From contig DATION010000002.1 in assembly GCA_035473115.1 (NCBI GenBank), forward strand, positions 105,368 to 169,367: a stretch of DNA of 64,000 nt. The letters are read 5' to 3'. The stretch's first letter is position 1. The number at the start of each line of letters is the position of its first letter. Origin of the DNA: Candidatus Udaeobacter sp. Lineage in GTDB: Bacteria > Patescibacteriota > Patescibacteriia > Magasanikbacterales > GWA2-37-8. A program made the position numbers and the translations under genes. Shown in pieces: positions 11,603-20,174 of the stretch. Under the pieces are notes generated by a model, which saw nothing but the letters and a program-made list of their open reading frames with translations, searched no databases and had not been told where the DNA came from.

Positions 11603-12463
11603 ATGACTTTTGATATCCAAAATTTAAAAACTCCCAATGCTTGCAACTGGTGTCCGGGCTGCGGAAACTTTGGCATTTGGACTGCTTTTAAACAAGCTGC
11701 CGAAAAAGAAAATTGGAATAATACCAATTCTGTAATCGTGGCTGGCATAGGTTGTCATGGCCATATTAATAATTTTATTGAATTATCAAGTTTTGAAGGT
11801 TTGCATGGGCGGTCTTTGCCGGTAGCTTCCGGAATAAAAATGGTTAATGATCGGTTGAATGTAATCGTATTTACCGGCGATGGTGATTGTTTGGCCGAAG
11901 GCGGCAATCACTTTATGCATGCAGCCAGACGCAATCAAAATTTAACTGTTATTTTGCATGACAATGCCATTTACGGGTTAACTACTGGTCAAACTTCACC
12001 ACGCTCACCACATGGATTTAAATCCAAATCTACTCCAGATGGAAATTTAGATGAACCGCTTAACCCGTTATCTTTAGCTTTATCTGCTGGCGCTACTTTT
12101 ATTGCCAGAGCTTATTCTGGTGATGTGCCTAGACTGACAGAGTTAATAATTCAAGCCAATCAACATAAAGGTTTTTCTGTTTTACAAGTTTTGCAGCCTT
12201 GCGTTACTTTCAACAAACTTTACACTCATTCTTTCTTCCAAGAAAACACTTACCATCTGCCAGCCGATTATAATCCGCAAGATAAAAAAGCTGCTTTTGC
12301 CAAAATTTTGGAATGGGGTGAAAAAGAGATTCCACTAGGAATTATTTATCAAGAAGACCGAATTTCCTACGAAGAACAGATACCGCAAATAAAAGAAGCT
12401 GCTTTGGTAGCTAACGCGCCAGAAAAAAGAGATATTAATGAGATTTTAAAACATTATGAATAG
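11603..12463 (+). CDS. 2-oxoacid:ferredoxin oxidoreductase, beta (TPP-binding) subunit
   Basis: CPGCGNFGI and GIGCHGH...GDGD TPP-binding motifs. Confidence 0.85.
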   Translation: MTFDIQNLKTPNACNWCPGCGNFGIWTAFKQAAEKENWNNTNSVIVAGIGCHGHINNFIELSSFEGLHGRSLPVASGIKMVNDRLNVIVFTGDGDCLAEGGNHFMHAARRNQNLTVILHDNAIYGLTTGQTSPRSPHGFKSKSTPDGNLDEPLNPLSLALSAGATFIARAYSGDVPRLTELIIQANQHKGFSVLQVLQPCVTFNKLYTHSFFQENTYHLPADYNPQDKKAAFAKILEWGEKEIPLGIIYQEDRISYEEQIPQIKEAALVANAPEKRDINEILKHYE

Positions 12464-12932
12464 CCCTAAAGAAATTTTATTGCTTTACGCTACTAATTCT
12501 GGCAGCACGTTTGTATCCGGACAAATTATTAAAGATGTTTTGTCTCCGGATTTGGCTGTAAATATGCAAAATACCCTGGAATTTAATCCGGTAGATATCA
12601 AAAATTACGATACAATTATTTTAGGCTCGCCAAGCTGGGAGAGTAGGGGAGAGGAAGGTATGCCTACGGAAACAATGCTTAAACTATTCGATGTTTGGTC
12701 TAAAGAAGATTTTTCTAATAAAAATTTTGTTATTTATGGCTGCGGCGATGATGCTTATATAAATTTTTGCGGCGCGGTTGATCAGATGGAAAAGTTTGTT
12801 AACTTGGTAAAAGGCAAATTAATTTTTTCTTCGCTGCGTTTGAACGCTTTCTTTTTTGAATTAGATAAAAACGTGGAATTAACCAAAAAATGGGCAATTG
12901 GTTTAAAAGAAAAATTAAAGACTTTAGTTTAA
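12456..12932 (+). CDS. Flavodoxin-like protein
   Basis: ILLLYATNSGST...ILGSPSW flavodoxin fold signature. Its start overlaps the oxidoreductase beta stop (translational coupling). Confidence 0.6.
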   Translation: MNSPKEILLLYATNSGSTFVSGQIIKDVLSPDLAVNMQNTLEFNPVDIKNYDTIILGSPSWESRGEEGMPTETMLKLFDVWSKEDFSNKNFVIYGCGDDAYINFCGAVDQMEKFVNLVKGKLIFSSLRLNAFFFELDKNVELTKKWAIGLKEKLKTLV

Positions 12933-13891
12933 TTTTTGCCGCTGTGGAACTTTTTGTGGATGTCGCGCAGATGCGGATTAGTAAGATGAGTATAAATTTG
13001 CGTGGTTACTATATTTTTGTGTCCTAAAAGCTCTTGTACCGAACGCATATCCGCGCCTTGCTGCAATAAATCGGTGGCAAAACTGTGGCGCAGGGTATGC
13101 GGGGTTGCTTCTACTGGTAAACCAGCCATCACTGTATATTTCCTCACCAGTCTTTCGACTGATCTTTGAGTTAAGCGATGTTCGTTATCTTCTTCATCTT
13201 TTTTGTAATTTATAAATAGGGGAGCATACATGTCTTTTCTGGTTTTCAGGTAGTTGGCCAAAGCAGTCAAAGCTCGATTGGAAAAATAGATCGTTCGCAC
13301 GGATCCGCCTTTACCAGAGATACTTAATTCTTGGTCAGTAAATTTTCCTTTGGTTAAATCGGCAACATTAAACTGTCTTATATTAAGTGAGGTTAATTCG
13401 GAAACACGCATACCTGTAGAAAATAGTATTTCTAAAATAGCTCGATCGCGTAAACCTTCTGGAGCAGATAAGTCAGGCATCTGCATCAGTTTTTCTACCT
13501 GTTCAAATTTTAAAAATTTAATAGTTTTGTCTTTGTCAGTTAATTTTGGCAATTTTATTTTTTCTGAAGGCAAAGAAATAATGTCTTTTTCGGCAAAATA
13601 GTTTAGCAGGTTACGAATAGCGATAAGGTAGTAGTTTTGGGTCGTTTTTTTGGTATATTTGCCCTTAGAATCCTTTTTACGAGATAGATAGACCCGGTAT
13701 GACCAAATGTGCTCTGGAGTGAGTTCGTGGGGCTTTAAAGAGCTTAAATTGGACTCTGCCAACCAAGCAGTAAAGGTGCGGAGGAAGTTATTGTAGTTAC
13801 GGGTAGTTACCGGACTTAAACCTCTTTCTACCTCGCAGTATTCAAGAAAGGTAAGTATATGTTGGGGGATAGGTTTGTTGGATTGTTGCAT
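12929..13891 (-). CDS. Tyrosine site-specific recombinase (XerC/XerD-like integrase)
   Basis: N-terminal SAM-like core-binding domain. Catalytic HTLRHSFAT...LGH...TQIYTH with the terminal Tyr. Confidence 0.85.
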   Translation of the reverse strand: MQQSNKPIPQHILTFLEYCEVERGLSPVTTRNYNNFLRTFTAWLAESNLSSLKPHELTPEHIWSYRVYLSRKKDSKGKYTKKTTQNYYLIAIRNLLNYFAEKDIISLPSEKIKLPKLTDKDKTIKFLKFEQVEKLMQMPDLSAPEGLRDRAILEILFSTGMRVSELTSLNIRQFNVADLTKGKFTDQELSISGKGGSVRTIYFSNRALTALANYLKTRKDMYAPLFINYKKDEEDNEHRLTQRSVERLVRKYTVMAGLPVEATPHTLRHSFATDLLQQGADMRSVQELLGHKNIVTTQIYTHLTNPHLRDIHKKFHSGKN

Positions 13892-13952
13892 ATATAAATT
13901 ATGTCGCTTAATATAATACCATTTTTACTAATACAGCTCAACTAGAAAAATA

Positions 13953-13979
13953 TTGACTTTTTATTATAAATTTTATAAT
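13953..13979 (+). promoter_or_regulatory. Putative promoter of GC-rich cassette 1 (TTGACT-N15-TATAAT)
   Basis: Sequence match. It is followed by AGGAGG at 13988-13993, 9 nt before the ATG at 14003. Confidence 0.35.
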
Positions 13980-14002
13980 CTCTAATAAGGAGGATATGAC
14001 AA

Positions 14003-14302
14003 ATGAGAGATTATTCACGTGGAGAGGCCAGAAACATTCGACGCCTAAAGGCTGGGTTGGTCCGAACGCCTAGCGGAAAATTGGTTCGGACGAAAAATCC
14101 AGTCACCAGGAGGCGCTCGCGCTCAAAAAACAATGGCTATTGGGAGTGTACCGCTATGGTGAGCAGGAGAGCCGCTTCAACCTGGTCATCGGGCTTTGTT
14201 CATCACTACCTGCCGTGCTTTACTCGGAACAGCGCTCAAGAAGCAAGGTGTTCCAGCTGCAAACAGCCCAGAACAGCGCGCAATGAGATCAAGTTTGATT
14301 AA
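14003..14302 (+). CDS. GC-rich orphan small ORF 1 (99 aa, very basic, Arg-rich); could instead be a structured ncRNA
   Basis: Local GC about 50 % against about 33 % for the genome. Strong Shine-Dalgarno site and own promoter. No family recognised, and its codon usage is atypical for this genome. Confidence 0.35.
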   Translation: MRDYSRGEARNIRRLKAGLVRTPSGKLVRTKNPVTRRRSRSKNNGYWECTAMVSRRAASTWSSGFVHHYLPCFTRNSAQEARCSSCKQPRTARNEIKFD

Positions 14303-14338
14303 GAACGCCTAGTAAGAGTTGTGCGTTCTTACAGCAAA

Positions 14339-14410
14339 AACCATTCGTAGTTCAACCTTAGTTCTTAAAATAAGAATTGAGGTGGAGGATAGTTTACGAA
14401 TGGTTTTTTG
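14339..14410 (+). terminator. Hairpin terminator of cassette 1
   Basis: 11-bp stem (AACCATTCGTA / TACGAATGGTT) enclosing a nested TTCTTA-AAA-TAAGAA hairpin and followed by a run of six Ts. A second hairpin, AGAACGC...GCGTTCT, lies at 14303-14329. Confidence 0.5.
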
Positions 14411-14506
14411 TTTTGAGTGTTATTATTATTTTTTCTAATTGAAATATATTGCAAAAGCATTTATACTATAGCTTAAAGTAGGTTTTTAAAGTAAATAAAG
14501 TAAATT

Positions 14507-15136
14507 ATGAATCTAATAGAATTTATAGAAAGAACTAAGGGGTGGTTTGATAAAAATTGGATAGTTCTTTTAATTGGTTTTATAGCTGGTTGGTTTTTAG
14601 AACCAATGAGAGCTTTATTTAATGATTGGTTAAAAAATCAAATTGTTAAATTAGGTACAAGGATTGAAAGATTTGGAAAAGTTAAATATAAATTATCAAA
14701 AACTGGAGTTCCTATTGATGTTACAGGTATGCATTCAGGCGGGATTTTATCGGCAGTAAGTATAGTACCTTCAATTGACATTGAAACTGATCATATTGAT
14801 TTATTTACTGGTTATAAAGTCGAGATTTTTATTATAAATAATAAAAGAAGATTTAAAACACAACATAATTATTTTCATAAAAAATGCCATTGGTTATGGT
14901 CTTATACGCTTAATCAAATAAATACTTTCCCATTATCTATTGAAAATCTTCATTTTATTGATAATGAACCAATGAGAAAGCCGTACTATCAACTTTCAAC
15001 GGAAGTAGCAAGGATTGGCGTTCCCTTGGATGAAATTCGGGAAGAATTTGTAGATGTTCTGGTTTATATTAATGATAAGCTTGCAATTAAAGATAAAGTA
15101 AAAATTTTTAAAACGGGTAGTTACTTAATAGATTAA
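14507..15136 (+). CDS. Hypothetical protein with an N-terminal transmembrane helix
   Basis: 209-aa ORF with AT-rich codon usage like the host. No recognisable domain. Confidence 0.45.
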   Translation: MNLIEFIERTKGWFDKNWIVLLIGFIAGWFLEPMRALFNDWLKNQIVKLGTRIERFGKVKYKLSKTGVPIDVTGMHSGGILSAVSIVPSIDIETDHIDLFTGYKVEIFIINNKRRFKTQHNYFHKKCHWLWSYTLNQINTFPLSIENLHFIDNEPMRKPYYQLSTEVARIGVPLDEIREEFVDVLVYINDKLAIKDKVKIFKTGSYLID

Positions 15137-15306
15137 ATTCAAATACTTAGTTCGACTTTAGATGTCTATACAAGACGCCATGAACGAATTAGTTAAGAGA
15201 TAGTTCAATATATACGTCGCTTAATCTATGTTATACGACGTTAAGTATAAAACACTGAATAAAGCTGAAATGGCCAAACCTAATCCTTCCCTCTCTAAAA
15301 CCCGGC

Positions 15307-16320
15307 TTACTTCCAGTAAACCTTTTCCCCAAAGCGTAAATCAATATATTCTTTAGGTTTAATGGTGGAAAGAGTCTGTTTAAGTACATTTATTTGGCTA
15401 TCAACACTATTTGCCGGTTGAAAGATAATTTTCCATGGGCTGGCAGTTTCAATGCTTATTCCGGAATAAAGATCGTCTAAAGTAAAGAATTCAATCCCCA
15501 CTACCCTATCTTGCTTGTTTGTTTTAAACCAAGAGATAATTGCCGCAATCTGTTCAGGAGGCAAAATATGTTCCTGTTTTTCGGCAACTTCTAAGCCTCG
15601 TTTATCATAAACTAGTGGGTAATCACCAAACAATTTATTAATTTTTTTGTAGTCTGGTGTGTGTTCAAAGGTAGTAGAAGCCAGTTGAGTAGAAGTATTG
15701 TTTAAAGCAGCTAAACTAATAACGGTACTAGTATTAATTTTTTGTGATACTTCATAAGGCTGCACATCCTGTAAGAACTTAGTAGCCATACCAGAACTAT
15801 CGAGTAAGAAATATTTTTTTCCATTATCATAAATAATAGATGAGATTTTTTCTTTAACTTCAATATTTATCTGGTTAGGGAAAACTTTGGTAATTTTTAT
15901 AGTTTCAAAAGGAAATTTTTGATATAATCCCTGCTCCATCTCGGCGGCATCTACCAAAAAATAATTATTTAAAGACAAAAAACTTTTTTTATTTAAATAA
16001 TTTTCAAAAATAAATTTATCCATCTCATCTTTAGTGGTAATATTTAGGCCAAAATAATTTATTTTATTGATTTTAAAATAAGAGGCATAGGCCAAATAAG
16101 CCATCCAGCCGACCAAAATAATGATTAGGATAGTAATCTTGATTTTTGTCCCGCTTATTTTTTTGGTTTCTCTGTAAGGATTGCTTTTGTAATGAAACTT
16201 ATCTTGCGGAGCGGCGTTTATAGTTTTTTTTCTTTTAAAAATACGAAAAAAATTTTCCTTCCAACTGGTGTAAGGCTTATGCTTTTCAAAAGCGTACTCC
16301 GAGCGTATTTTTTTCATCAT
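15307..16320 (-). CDS. ftsQ: FtsQ/DivIB-like cell-division protein
   Basis: Basic cytoplasmic N-terminus, a single transmembrane helix, then a POTRA-like segment (KVFPNQINIEVKEK resembles the FtsQ P-LxIxVxER motif). Confidence 0.55.
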   Translation of the reverse strand: MMKKIRSEYAFEKHKPYTSWKENFFRIFKRKKTINAAPQDKFHYKSNPYRETKKISGTKIKITILIIILVGWMAYLAYASYFKINKINYFGLNITTKDEMDKFIFENYLNKKSFLSLNNYFLVDAAEMEQGLYQKFPFETIKITKVFPNQINIEVKEKISSIIYDNGKKYFLLDSSGMATKFLQDVQPYEVSQKINTSTVISLAALNNTSTQLASTTFEHTPDYKKINKLFGDYPLVYDKRGLEVAEKQEHILPPEQIAAIISWFKTNKQDRVVGIEFFTLDDLYSGISIETASPWKIIFQPANSVDSQINVLKQTLSTIKPKEYIDLRFGEKVYWK

Positions 16321-16330
16321 AGATAAAAAA

Positions 16331-17440
16331 CTAACGCAATATTCTTGGCAGCAACGGGTTTATACGATCCACTATCTCATAATTAATAGTTTGGCACCAA
16401 TTGGCCAGATCATCAACCGAAATAGATTTGCTTTTATCTTGACCAATTAAAGTTACCTTATCCCCTGCTTTTACTTCCAAATTAGTCACGTCAACCATAC
16501 AAACATTCATACAGATTCGACCCAGTACCGGACAAAATTTATCTTTGATAAGCACGTGGCCTGTATTAGACAATCTGCGGTCAAACCCGTCCCAGTAGCC
16601 TATTGGTAGGATAGCTATTTTGGTAGGCCGATTGGTGGTGTAGGTGCCGCCATAACCAACTTTAACACCAGCTGGGACTGTTTTTACCTGAATTACCTTC
16701 GTAAACCATGATAAAGCTGGTTTTAAGTTAATATCTGTTTTATTTTTTGTGGCATGCAGACCATAAAGACTTAGTCCTAATCGCGCTGCATTTTCATGGG
16801 CAAATTTATGGTTTATTATGGCTGCCGAACAAGCAATATGTTTGATCGGAATAATAACGCCATTATCTTCTAAGTTTTTACAAACTGATCTAAAAATTTC
16901 GTGTTGGTTTTTGGTGTAAATAAAATCATCTTCACTCGAAGCAAAATGACTCCAAATTCCTTCCAGTTCTATTTTTTTATATTTTTTAATTTCATTTACA
17001 AAATTTATTGCTTCATCTGGCATTATTCCTAGTCTGGAAGCACCCGTATCTATTTTTAGATGCACCTTTATTTTTTTATTCAACCTCTCCCCTATCTTGT
17101 TAAATAGCCTGGCATTTTCCAGACTGTACAAAGGAAAAATAATATTATTTTTTATAGCTAGAGCCAGTTTTTTTTCATCTTGATCAAAAAAACTTAATAT
17201 CATTATTGGTTTTCTGGTTAGTTTATTTTTGATAAGCTCTAAAGCTTCATCCAAACTTACCACACAGATTCTATCTGCTTCGGAGCTGCTGTGACAAATT
17301 TTAGCAATATTTAAAAAACCATGCCCATAAGCATTAGCTTTTATTACCGGCATAAGCATAATTTTTTGGCCGATTGTTTTTTTAAATTGCCGTAAATTAT
17401 GCTTAATTGCTTGAGAATCAATTTCTAACCAGGTAAGCAT
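16331..17440 (-). CDS. alr: Alanine racemase
   Basis: PLP-binding motif VIKANAYGHG. The start was set at the internal Met (MLTWLEID), which removes the overlap with serS. Confidence 0.85.
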   Translation of the reverse strand: MLTWLEIDSQAIKHNLRQFKKTIGQKIMLMPVIKANAYGHGFLNIAKICHSSSEADRICVVSLDEALELIKNKLTRKPIMILSFFDQDEKKLALAIKNNIIFPLYSLENARLFNKIGERLNKKIKVHLKIDTGASRLGIMPDEAINFVNEIKKYKKIELEGIWSHFASSEDDFIYTKNQHEIFRSVCKNLEDNGVIIPIKHIACSAAIINHKFAHENAARLGLSLYGLHATKNKTDINLKPALSWFTKVIQVKTVPAGVKVGYGGTYTTNRPTKIAILPIGYWDGFDRRLSNTGHVLIKDKFCPVLGRICMNVCMVDVTNLEVKAGDKVTLIGQDKSKSISVDDLANWCQTINYEIVDRINPLLPRILR

Positions 17441-17450
17441 TTTAGGATAT

Positions 17451-18704
17451 TTATAATTTTTTAAACCCGGTATATTTTTGCAGAACTTTTGGCACCAAAA
17501 CACTGCCGTCTTTTTGTTGGTAGTTTTCTATTATTGCCAGCGGGAAGCGGCTGGTAACTATGGCTGTGCCATTTAAGGTATGGACAAAATCAGTGCTGCC
17601 ATCGGCTTTGCGGTATTTTATGTTTAAACGGCGCGCCTGATAGTCTGTGCAGTTACTGGTGCTAGTTATCTCGCCATAGCCGCCCTGGCTGTCATTTTCG
17701 GCCTTCATAGTCATCCAAGCTTCGATATCATACTTTCGGTAAGCTGGACCACCTAAATCACCGCTAGCGACGTCAATTACTTGGTAAGGCAGTTTTAAGC
17801 CGTCAACGATCTTTTTTTCCATCTGCAAGAGTTCCTGGTGCATTTTTTCACTATCTTCCGGTTGGCAGTAAATAAACATCTCTAATTTTGTGAATTGGTG
17901 AACGCGGTAAAAGCCTTTATTGGTTTTGCCATAAGCGCCAGCTTCGGTTCTAAAACAATGAGATAGAGCTACATATTTTTTTGGTCCTTTGCTTAGATCT
18001 AAAACCTCATTGGCATGATAACCGCCCATAGTTATTTCAGCAGTTCCAATCAGGCTTAAATCGGTATTTTCTAAAGAATAAACCTGGGTTTCTGCTCCGC
18101 GCGGGTTAAAGCCAATCCCGGTTAGAATTTCGTTTTTGGCAATATCCGGAGTTTCGATTAAAGAATAGCCATGCTTGGTCAGTATATCTATGCCATAACT
18201 GATTAAAGCTTGGTTTAAGCGAACCAAGTTATTTTTAGAGAAATAAAATTTGGCCGCAGCTACTTTGGCGCCTCTTTCAAAATCCGCTAAATCCAGATTA
18301 AGGATTATTTCTTCGTGGTTTTTTGGGGTAAATTTAAATGGTTTAGGTTTGGCGCTGGTATATACAACTTTAAAATCATTTTCCCCGCCAATCGGACTTT
18401 GTGGGTGGGTAAGATTAGGAACCTTTAATAGAAGTTCGCGATAATTTATTTCATTTTCTTCTATTTTTTTCTCTAGCGCAGCAATATCATCTCCAACTTT
18501 GCGCAGTTTGGCTATTTCCTCTTCGGTTGGTTTACCTTTGGATTTACTATTGCGTAAAGCGCGCAGATCTTCCATTTCTTTCAACAATCCGCGTCTGTCT
18601 TCGTCTAATTTTAAGAGCGCATCAACGTCTAGGTTAACATTGCGTTTTGCACAGTTGTCTTTAATTAAATCTCTATTTTCACGGATGAATTTTATGTCCA
18701 GCAT
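17451..18704 (-). CDS. serS: Seryl-tRNA synthetase
   Basis: N-terminal coiled-coil arm and a class II core. Typical SerRS length. Confidence 0.9.
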   Translation of the reverse strand: MLDIKFIRENRDLIKDNCAKRNVNLDVDALLKLDEDRRGLLKEMEDLRALRNSKSKGKPTEEEIAKLRKVGDDIAALEKKIEENEINYRELLLKVPNLTHPQSPIGGENDFKVVYTSAKPKPFKFTPKNHEEIILNLDLADFERGAKVAAAKFYFSKNNLVRLNQALISYGIDILTKHGYSLIETPDIAKNEILTGIGFNPRGAETQVYSLENTDLSLIGTAEITMGGYHANEVLDLSKGPKKYVALSHCFRTEAGAYGKTNKGFYRVHQFTKLEMFIYCQPEDSEKMHQELLQMEKKIVDGLKLPYQVIDVASGDLGGPAYRKYDIEAWMTMKAENDSQGGYGEITSTSNCTDYQARRLNIKYRKADGSTDFVHTLNGTAIVTSRFPLAIIENYQQKDGSVLVPKVLQKYTGFKKL

Positions 18705-18708
18705 ATTG

Positions 18709-19740
18709 TTAGTCTATATATTTTTTAAGAATATTTTGGTTTGCTTTTGATTGAATAACTTTTTTGTTCAAAGGCAATAGATCCATTTTTAAAGCTTCTT
18801 TATAAGTAAACCAGCCGTGTCCAGAGGTTTCCGCGTCAGCAGTTTTAAATTTACCTGATTTTATTTTGCAGATAGACATCAGCAGATGAACTTGGTAATT
18901 TTCTTTATCGTCCACCACAGTAGTAGTAAACACTTCCGGAAGCTGTTCTATTTTTTTTATATTATAACAGGTTTCTTCTTTGACTTCTCTAAGTAAAGTT
19001 TGGTCAAAACTCTCTCCATTCTCTACTCCCCCACCCGGAAACTCCCATTTATTATTAAATTCCGTCCGCAAGTCACGGCGTTTGGTCATCAACATTTTTC
19101 TGTCTTTAATAATAATTCCCGCCATACATATTACCTGCCGAAGAGAGTACTGGTTCATTAAAAAATATTTAAGCTGGTTGACCATCTTTCCTCTCTGGCT
19201 AACCATATTTTTTTCCAAGATAGGCATTTCTATATAAAGTTTTTTTAGAGGCGGATAATAAAAAACTGAAGCATAACCCATGTCATCTTTAATTTTTGGA
19301 CTCATCTCTTTGGCTATAAAACCGTCAGTTCGGCCGGTAAAGATAGAAAAATCATCAGTTTGAGGATTATACACACAGCCGGCAGTTTCAAAATAAGCGC
19401 TGCGTTTTTTATCAGGTACATTTTTTAATTGCTCCAAAAGTTTTTCATTTCTTTCTTTGGCGGTAGCGCCAAAGCGCTTGGCTTTTACTCCCGGAGCGCC
19501 ATTTAAATATTCCACAAAAAGGCCGGTATCTTCGGCAATGGTAAGCAGGTTGCTTTTTTTAGCAAAAAATTTAGCTTTTTCTAAAGCGTTTTGCCAAGTA
19601 GTGTCATGCGGTTCTTCAGCTTCAAACTTATCCAATCCAACATCTTTTAAATTAACAAAATTAAACTGTAAATCAGCCAGTTCTGTTTTTATTTCGATAA
19701 ATTTTTCCGAATTAGTTGTGGCAATCAGGATTTTCCTCAT
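18709..19740 (-). CDS. Fusion of a Ham1/RdgB non-canonical NTP pyrophosphatase and a NUDIX hydrolase
   Basis: The N-terminal 190 aa match the ITPase family (MRKILIATTNSEKF...). The C-terminal part carries the Nudix box GGGVENGESFDQTLLREVKEETC. Confidence 0.75.
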   Translation of the reverse strand: MRKILIATTNSEKFIEIKTELADLQFNFVNLKDVGLDKFEAEEPHDTTWQNALEKAKFFAKKSNLLTIAEDTGLFVEYLNGAPGVKAKRFGATAKERNEKLLEQLKNVPDKKRSAYFETAGCVYNPQTDDFSIFTGRTDGFIAKEMSPKIKDDMGYASVFYYPPLKKLYIEMPILEKNMVSQRGKMVNQLKYFLMNQYSLRQVICMAGIIIKDRKMLMTKRRDLRTEFNNKWEFPGGGVENGESFDQTLLREVKEETCYNIKKIEQLPEVFTTTVVDDKENYQVHLLMSICKIKSGKFKTADAETSGHGWFTYKEALKMDLLPLNKKVIQSKANQNILKKYID

Positions 19741-20159
19741 AGAGAATGATTTTTATCCCACTCGGCTCTTAATTTGGAACTTTTATAAATATCCGGTTTG
19801 TAAGATTCCAAACGAACAATTTTTGTTTTTTTATTAATATTTTTTTCTAAATCATCAACGAAAAAGTTTTGATCGTAACCAAGGGCAATTATATCTGGTT
19901 CTTCATCTATTACCACTTGATACTTATTGCCTAAATTTCCTAACCGGACTTTGTCGGCAATTTTTAACTTTTTTAAGTTCTTTAGACGAGTATCTTCATC
20001 AAATAAAGCTCGTTTGCCTTTTACTTTTTCCACTGTGGCATCTCTGGCCACGATTACCGTTAAGTGATCGCCTAGTTTTTTTGCTGCTTCAAGTGCATGG
20101 CTATGCCCAGGGTGTAAAATATCAAAGGTTCCAAAAGCCATTACTTTTTTCATAGGCAA
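19737..20159 (-). CDS. Cytidylyltransferase-fold nucleotidyltransferase (RibL/TagD-like; possible archaeal-type FAD synthase)
   Basis: 140 aa. GTFDILHPGH (HxGH) motif. The length and sequence resemble archaeal RibL. Confidence 0.55.
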   Translation of the reverse strand: MPMKKVMAFGTFDILHPGHSHALEAAKKLGDHLTVIVARDATVEKVKGKRALFDEDTRLKNLKKLKIADKVRLGNLGNKYQVVIDEEPDIIALGYDQNFFVDDLEKNINKKTKIVRLESYKPDIYKSSKLRAEWDKNHSL

Positions 20160-20174
20160 GAAAAAACCATTTTA

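Noticed and set aside
14003-14420. tmRNA, RNase P RNA, SRP RNA or a tRNA as the identity of GC-rich region 1
   Set aside because: I looked for the tmRNA acceptor and T-arm (GGGGCUG... / GGUUCGANUCC...CCA), the RNase P P4 strands (AGGAAAGUCCGGGCUCC / ACAGAACCCGGCUUA) and the SRP helix-8 motif and found none. A perfect Shine-Dalgarno site plus an ATG frames a 99-codon ORF instead. An ncRNA is still possible, so I kept it as an alternative under the finding.
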